This document shows positions 59,555 through 64,000 of a stretch of DNA of 64,000 nucleotides, one piece after another. Under the pieces are notes generated by a model. It saw nothing but the letters and a program-made list of their open reading frames with translations. It did no database searches and was not told the origin of the DNA. Position 1 is the stretch's first letter. Every line of letters starts with the position of its first letter. Origin of the DNA: an uncultured delta proteobacterium. GTDB lineage: Bacteria > Desulfobacterota > Syntrophobacteria > BM002. The DNA lies in assembly GCA_963712115.1 (NCBI GenBank), contig CAVQGX010000031.1:64001-128000 (forward strand), written 5' to 3'. Position numbers and translations under genes: made by a program.

Positions 59555-60709
59555 ATGAAGGATCAAAAAAAAAGCAGAGAACAACTGGTTGATGAATTAG
59601 CCTCTTTGCGCCAAAAGGTAGCCGAACTCGAAGAGTTGGCAGCAGAGCACGATTGGGTGGACAAAACACTGCTGGAGAGAGAAGAGAGATATCGTGCCAT
59701 AGTGGAAGCTTTTGATGGACTCGTCTATATCTGTTCTGACGACTATAGAATTGAATTTATGAACGAGGAATTAATCAAACGAACCGGCTACGACGGAACC
59801 GGAGAATTGTGTTACCGCGTGCTACACGAGCGGGATTCTGTATGTCCATGGTGCGTCAAAGAACGCGTGCTTAAAGGCGAAACTGTAAGGTGGGAGATAG
59901 AGAGTCCTAAAGACAACCGCTGGTATTATGTTGTAAATACGCCTATCTACAACGCCGATGGCACTATATCCAAACAGGCTATGATTCTGGACATCACCGA
60001 ACGTAAGGAAATGGAGAAAGCATTAGAAAAAAGTGCTGAAAAAATAAAACTTTTTGCCTATTCAGTATCACACGATCTTAAAAGCCCAGCAGCCGCTATC
60101 TATGGCCTGACAAAACGCCTGCACGACCGTTACAAAGATAGCCTCGACGAAAAGGGCAGGAGGTACTGTGATCAAATCCTCAGAGCCTCACTTCATGTTG
60201 GTGCCCTCATTGAAAAAATCAATGCCTATATAGAGGCTCAGGAAGCACCTCTTAAGGTGGAAGGTTTGGATTTAAAAGAGATTCTTCAGATCATCAAAGA
60301 CGAATTCTCCCCGCGGCTCACCATCCGTCAGATAAAATGGTTGGAACCTGATTCAATTCCAGAGTTTCAGGGAGATAAGATATCTCTTCTCAGGGTATTC
60401 AGAAATTTTGTGGATAACGCCTTGAAGTACGGAGGAGAAAATCTAAGCGAGATAAAAGTGGGATACCAAGAGTCTGACGAATTCCATATTCTCTCTGTGA
60501 GTGATAACGGTATAGGCTTACAAGGGAGGGACTACGAGAATCTTTTCGCAGCCTTTCGCAGGGATAATAGTTCCAAAGGTGTTGAGGGAGCTGGGCTGGG
60601 TCTAGCTATAGTCAGTGAAATAGCGGAACGGCACAGAGGTAAAGTCTGGGCGGAGCCTGGCAAGAACAAAGGGGTGACATTTCACATGTCCGTGTCCAAG
60701 AATCTGTGA
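59555..60709 (+). CDS. PAS-domain sensor histidine kinase
   Basis: Cys-containing PAS (LCY..CPWC); SHDLKSP, NFVDNALKY, DNGIG, GAGLGL. Confidence 0.92.
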   Translation: MKDQKKSREQLVDELASLRQKVAELEELAAEHDWVDKTLLEREERYRAIVEAFDGLVYICSDDYRIEFMNEELIKRTGYDGTGELCYRVLHERDSVCPWCVKERVLKGETVRWEIESPKDNRWYYVVNTPIYNADGTISKQAMILDITERKEMEKALEKSAEKIKLFAYSVSHDLKSPAAAIYGLTKRLHDRYKDSLDEKGRRYCDQILRASLHVGALIEKINAYIEAQEAPLKVEGLDLKEILQIIKDEFSPRLTIRQIKWLEPDSIPEFQGDKISLLRVFRNFVDNALKYGGENLSEIKVGYQESDEFHILSVSDNGIGLQGRDYENLFAAFRRDNSSKGVEGAGLGLAIVSEIAERHRGKVWAEPGKNKGVTFHMSVSKNL

Positions 60710-60781
60710 TCTATTTATTTCGCAGAAGTCATCCCAGGAAACAAACAATCTACAATCTCAAATCTAAAATCTAAAATGTAG

Positions 60782-61438
60782 CTACCTCGTCACCAAGCCC
60801 CTCTCCATGGCGTAGGCTGTCAAGGCCGCTGCACTGTGCAGGTCCAGCTTTTTCATCAGGTTGGCCCGGTGTTTTTCTACTGTCTTCACGCTGATGCACA
60901 GGTAGTCGGCGATCTCCTTGTTCTTGTGCCCTTCGGCAATCAACTTAAGGATTTCTCGCTCCCGCTTGGTCAGTGTTTCCCAAGGGGTAGTGGATTCAGG
61001 GGTTCGTCTGGATTCTAAATAGCCCTCGATCACAAATCTTGAAACGGATGGGCACAGATACCGCTCCCCCATGAGGACGCTTCTTATGGCCATCATCAAT
61101 TCGCTGGAGGAGGCATCCTTTGGTATATATCCATCTGCCCCGGCCTGAAGGACTTCGAGGATGAACTCCTCTGTCTTGTGAACTGTTAGGGCCAAAATTT
61201 TTGTCTGTGGAATCCGCTTCCTAATTTCTCTAATGGCCTCAACCCCGTTCATTTTCGGCATTGATAGATCCATTAGAATCAGATCGGGGGTAAGGCCTTC
61301 AACCTGCCGAACGGCCTGCCTACCATCCCCTGCTTCTCCTACCACTTCCAGATCCTCCTGTGAGGATATTAGGGCGCGCAAGCCTTCTCTGAGAATGGTA
61401 TGGTCCTCGGCAATAACAATTCTTCCTTTTTCTCTCAT
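60782..61438 (-). CDS. NarL/LuxR-family response regulator
   Basis: IAEDH, MDLSMP; LTKREREIL..KTVEKHR HTH. Confidence 0.94.
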   Translation of the reverse strand: MREKGRIVIAEDHTILREGLRALISSQEDLEVVGEAGDGRQAVRQVEGLTPDLILMDLSMPKMNGVEAIREIRKRIPQTKILALTVHKTEEFILEVLQAGADGYIPKDASSSELMMAIRSVLMGERYLCPSVSRFVIEGYLESRRTPESTTPWETLTKREREILKLIAEGHKNKEIADYLCISVKTVEKHRANLMKKLDLHSAAALTAYAMERGLVTR

Positions 61439-61510
61439 AGCACAACCAAACCACAGATTTCTTGTCAGAATACATCTTGCACGTATAACTGTAAAGCGTC
61501 TGTAATCAAA

Positions 61511-61708
61511 TTAACCCTACTGTTGCATATCTATGTCGAGGAAAAACGCGCAAGAGCGCGTCAAATTTGGCTGCGCACAGGCTCGGACAGGTCGAGGCGT
61601 ACTTGACCGTACGTGAAGTCCTGTCTGAGGCGAGCACAGCCGCAGATGGCGTGCTATGGCGCGAGCGCAGTGGTTTTTACCGGTTTAGCTATGCGACAGT
61701 AGGGTTAA
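61511..61708. mobile_element. 198-bp MITE-like element with TTAACCC termini
   Basis: ttaaccctactgttgcatatcta ... tagctatgcgacagtagggttaa (21/23); interior gaggcgtac...gtacg core. Confidence 0.75.
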
Positions 61709-61875
61709 GTCCCCCATCCTTTCCGTTGCTTCTGAAAAATACAGTGAAATATAACCATATCTACTGCATTCACCCCATTTTTACCTTAGGGCCGGCTGTT
61801 GTACAGTGTATTTGTTATTTTTTTCTCCAGAGATCACACTTTCTCGGTGCTACACCCGCCAAGGGGTGGAAATAT

Positions 61876-62253
61876 ATGTTGCAGATATTAATTGTCGAGG
61901 ACAATGCTCCTTTTCGACAATCCCTCAGGGAGATGCTGTGCGAGCAATTCCCTGCCATGGGTGTCGAGGAGGCTGAAGACGGCGAGGATGCCCTCGATAA
62001 AATAGAGACCCTATCCCCCCACCTAGTGTTCATGGACATTAAACTGCCAGGTCAAAGCGGCCTCGAGGTAACCAGAGAAATAAAGGCACGATATCCTGGG
62101 ATAATAGTGATAATCCTTACCAGCTATGACCTGCCTGAGTATCGGGAAGCTGCGAACCAATACGGTGCCGACTACTTTCTTTCAAAAGGTTCTTCGAGTA
62201 GAGAGGAAATTCTGACACTGGTCGATAGCATCTTAGCTGAAGGAATGGAGTGA
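61876..62253 (+). CDS. single-domain response regulator
   Basis: ILIVEDN, MDIKLPG, LTS, YFLSK; no output domain. Confidence 0.9.
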   Translation: MLQILIVEDNAPFRQSLREMLCEQFPAMGVEEAEDGEDALDKIETLSPHLVFMDIKLPGQSGLEVTREIKARYPGIIVIILTSYDLPEYREAANQYGADYFLSKGSSSREEILTLVDSILAEGME

Positions 62254-62565
62254 TGGGCATTTCAGATTGCAGGCTCGAGATTGTAGATTTTAGATTGAGT
62301 CAAATCGCAACCGAACAAATCTGCAATCTTAAATCTCAAATCTTAAATCTGAAATCAACCCTACCTGGGAGAGAGACCGCAAATACGGTATTCCTTTTCT
62401 TAAAATACGCAATTTGCCTGATTTACATTGCCCCTTATATCAGTAACCTGAGAGAAATCAATCCATGCTCCTTATCCTCGACCCTAATGAAGAGATCTAC
62501 TGGCGAAGACTAGCGTCAGTTTTGATTATTTTTCCACCTCTTACCACTGACTGAGGAGTTGAACT

Positions 62566-63816
62566 ATGTCGGCCTCCCTAAATCAGTCGTCTTTTGGTCT
62601 GGCCATTCAAGATTTATATCCAGAGTATGTTTGGGACACAGAGGAATCCCATCGGGCAGAAGAGTCTGATCTTGATCAACAACTAAGTGAGCCGGAAGAA
62701 AAGCAAGATCTCAAAGAGGAATCGGATTCCTTGGATCTTGGTCAAGACGAAGAAGAAGGACTCTTTCAATCAAATCTCGTAAGTTTGTATCTTCAGGATG
62801 TCTCTCAATTTCAGCTGCTGAGTCTTGAACGAGAGATTGAGTTGGCCCGAACCATAAAGGAAGGGCAAGAAAGGCTGGTCAATCTGGTCGTGACCCACTG
62901 CGCATCCGTAGAGATCTTTGGCAATCTGCGTCGTAAAATCGTCCGCTGGCAGAGTGAGGTGGGGACTTACCCCGGGCTGCGCGAGAAAATCGTTGAACAC
63001 ATTGTTTCCACGCTTGAATGTGTTGCCGCTGTGGAGGGAGCAGCTGAAATCTGCCAGAGACTGGTTATTGAGGCTCGACAGGTGGTTGAGCAAATCGACA
63101 TTGCCAGGGATGAGATGGTTAAGGGCAACCTGCGTTTAGTGCTGAGTATTGCCAAGCGCTACCGCGGCCGGGGCCTGAGTTTTCTTGACCTTATACAAGA
63201 GGGAAACATGGGGCTGCTCAAGGCGGTTTCCCGATATGATTATACCAAGGGTAACCGTTTCAGCACTTACGCCACTTGGTGGGTACGACAATCTATTATC
63301 CGAGCAATCTACGAAAAGACCAATACTATCCGGCTGCCTGTTCACGTAATAGAGATGAAAAGCTTCTTTCATAAGGTATTCTCCGAACTTTCCGAGGAGT
63401 TAGACCGCGAACCCATGCCCGTGGAGATTGCCGAGCGCAGCGGCTTACCCTTAGAGAAAGTTACCATGCTCGCCCAACTCTCTTGCCGCCCGGCTTCTTT
63501 GGAGGCTACGGTTGGGAGCAGGGAACAGCGGTTGGGCGACTTCATCGAGGATAAGAAGAGCAATTCACCCCTTGAAGGCATTAGCCAGTCAGAACTAGTT
63601 GCTGTCACCAGAAGAGTCTTGGCCTCTCTTTCCCCCCGGGAAGAAGGTGTGCTCAAATCCCGATTTGGCATCGATGGCAAACCTGTTCAGACCCTCAAAA
63701 CTATAGGCGGAAGGCTTGGAGTGTCAAAGGAACGCATCCGGCAGATAGAGAAGCGGGCCATCCAGAAACTGCGACACACTTCGCGCTCCGCTGAACTCAA
63801 GTCCTTTATCGAATGA
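62566..63816 (+). CDS. RpoD/RpoS-family sigma-70 factor (probably secondary)
   Basis: NLRLVLSIAKRY, DLIQEGNMGL, FSTYATWWVRQ, ERIRQIE; no typical region 1.1. Confidence 0.9.
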   Translation: MSASLNQSSFGLAIQDLYPEYVWDTEESHRAEESDLDQQLSEPEEKQDLKEESDSLDLGQDEEEGLFQSNLVSLYLQDVSQFQLLSLEREIELARTIKEGQERLVNLVVTHCASVEIFGNLRRKIVRWQSEVGTYPGLREKIVEHIVSTLECVAAVEGAAEICQRLVIEARQVVEQIDIARDEMVKGNLRLVLSIAKRYRGRGLSFLDLIQEGNMGLLKAVSRYDYTKGNRFSTYATWWVRQSIIRAIYEKTNTIRLPVHVIEMKSFFHKVFSELSEELDREPMPVEIAERSGLPLEKVTMLAQLSCRPASLEATVGSREQRLGDFIEDKKSNSPLEGISQSELVAVTRRVLASLSPREEGVLKSRFGIDGKPVQTLKTIGGRLGVSKERIRQIEKRAIQKLRHTSRSAELKSFIE

Positions 63817-63837
63817 CTCCCCCAAATGCACCTTGCA

Positions 63838-63952
63838 TGTTTAGCCGGTTTAGCCAGTTTTGCCGGTTTTGCCTGTCCTAATTCGCAATCCGCAATCCGC
63901 AATCCGCAATCCCCAATCCTCAATCCGAAATCCGAAATCCGAAATCCTCAAT
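63838..63952. repeat. 9-mer and 7-mer tandem arrays
   Basis: ttagccggt-like 9-mers followed by (aatccgc)n and (aatccga)n. Confidence 0.85.
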
Positions 63953-64000
63953 CTTGTTGCTCCATCGCCCCAGGGAAGTATCCTTTTAGCCATAAGAGAT

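Noticed and set aside
62250-62513. 87-aa ORF after the single-domain response regulator (likewise 6331-6522 and 30372-30662)
   Set aside because: Translations are products of heptamer repeats (NLKSQI, FRISDF-like), not real proteins.

Overview
A 64 kb chromosomal window, about 50% GC, probably from an anaerobic Desulfobacterota (deltaproteobacterial) genome; this is inferred from gene content and repeat types. It holds about 55 housekeeping and accessory genes. These include the end of mnmE, rsmG, xth, clpB/cbpAM, iscU plus an IscS-like gene, an extended arsenic/thiol-redox operon, a dpp ABC transporter and a second cysteine desulfurase. Further on are a 2-oxoacid oxidoreductase operon with a GltD-like delta fusion, znuA(frameshifted)CB-zur, three HD-GYP genes, an orphan pseudopilin, a class II photolyase, two-component genes and an RpoD-family sigma factor. 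I saw no rRNA, tRNA, CRISPR array or intact transposase. Highlights: (1) an unannotated 66-aa ORF in the ars operon (24652-24852, minus) with an in-frame UGA followed by a bacterial SECIS-like hairpin, a candidate new small selenoprotein; (2) an IscS-like protein that has lost the PLP lysine and substrate arginine but kept the catalytic Cys, paired with an IscU carrying a Zn-ribbon tail; (3) a DRR-repeat/HisKA-only protein next to an HD-GYP regulator, and a pseudopilin-HD-GYP module; (4) many MITE-like elements, nested palindromes and inverted 7-9-mer arrays in the spacers. All calls come from motif reading only; no database searches were run.
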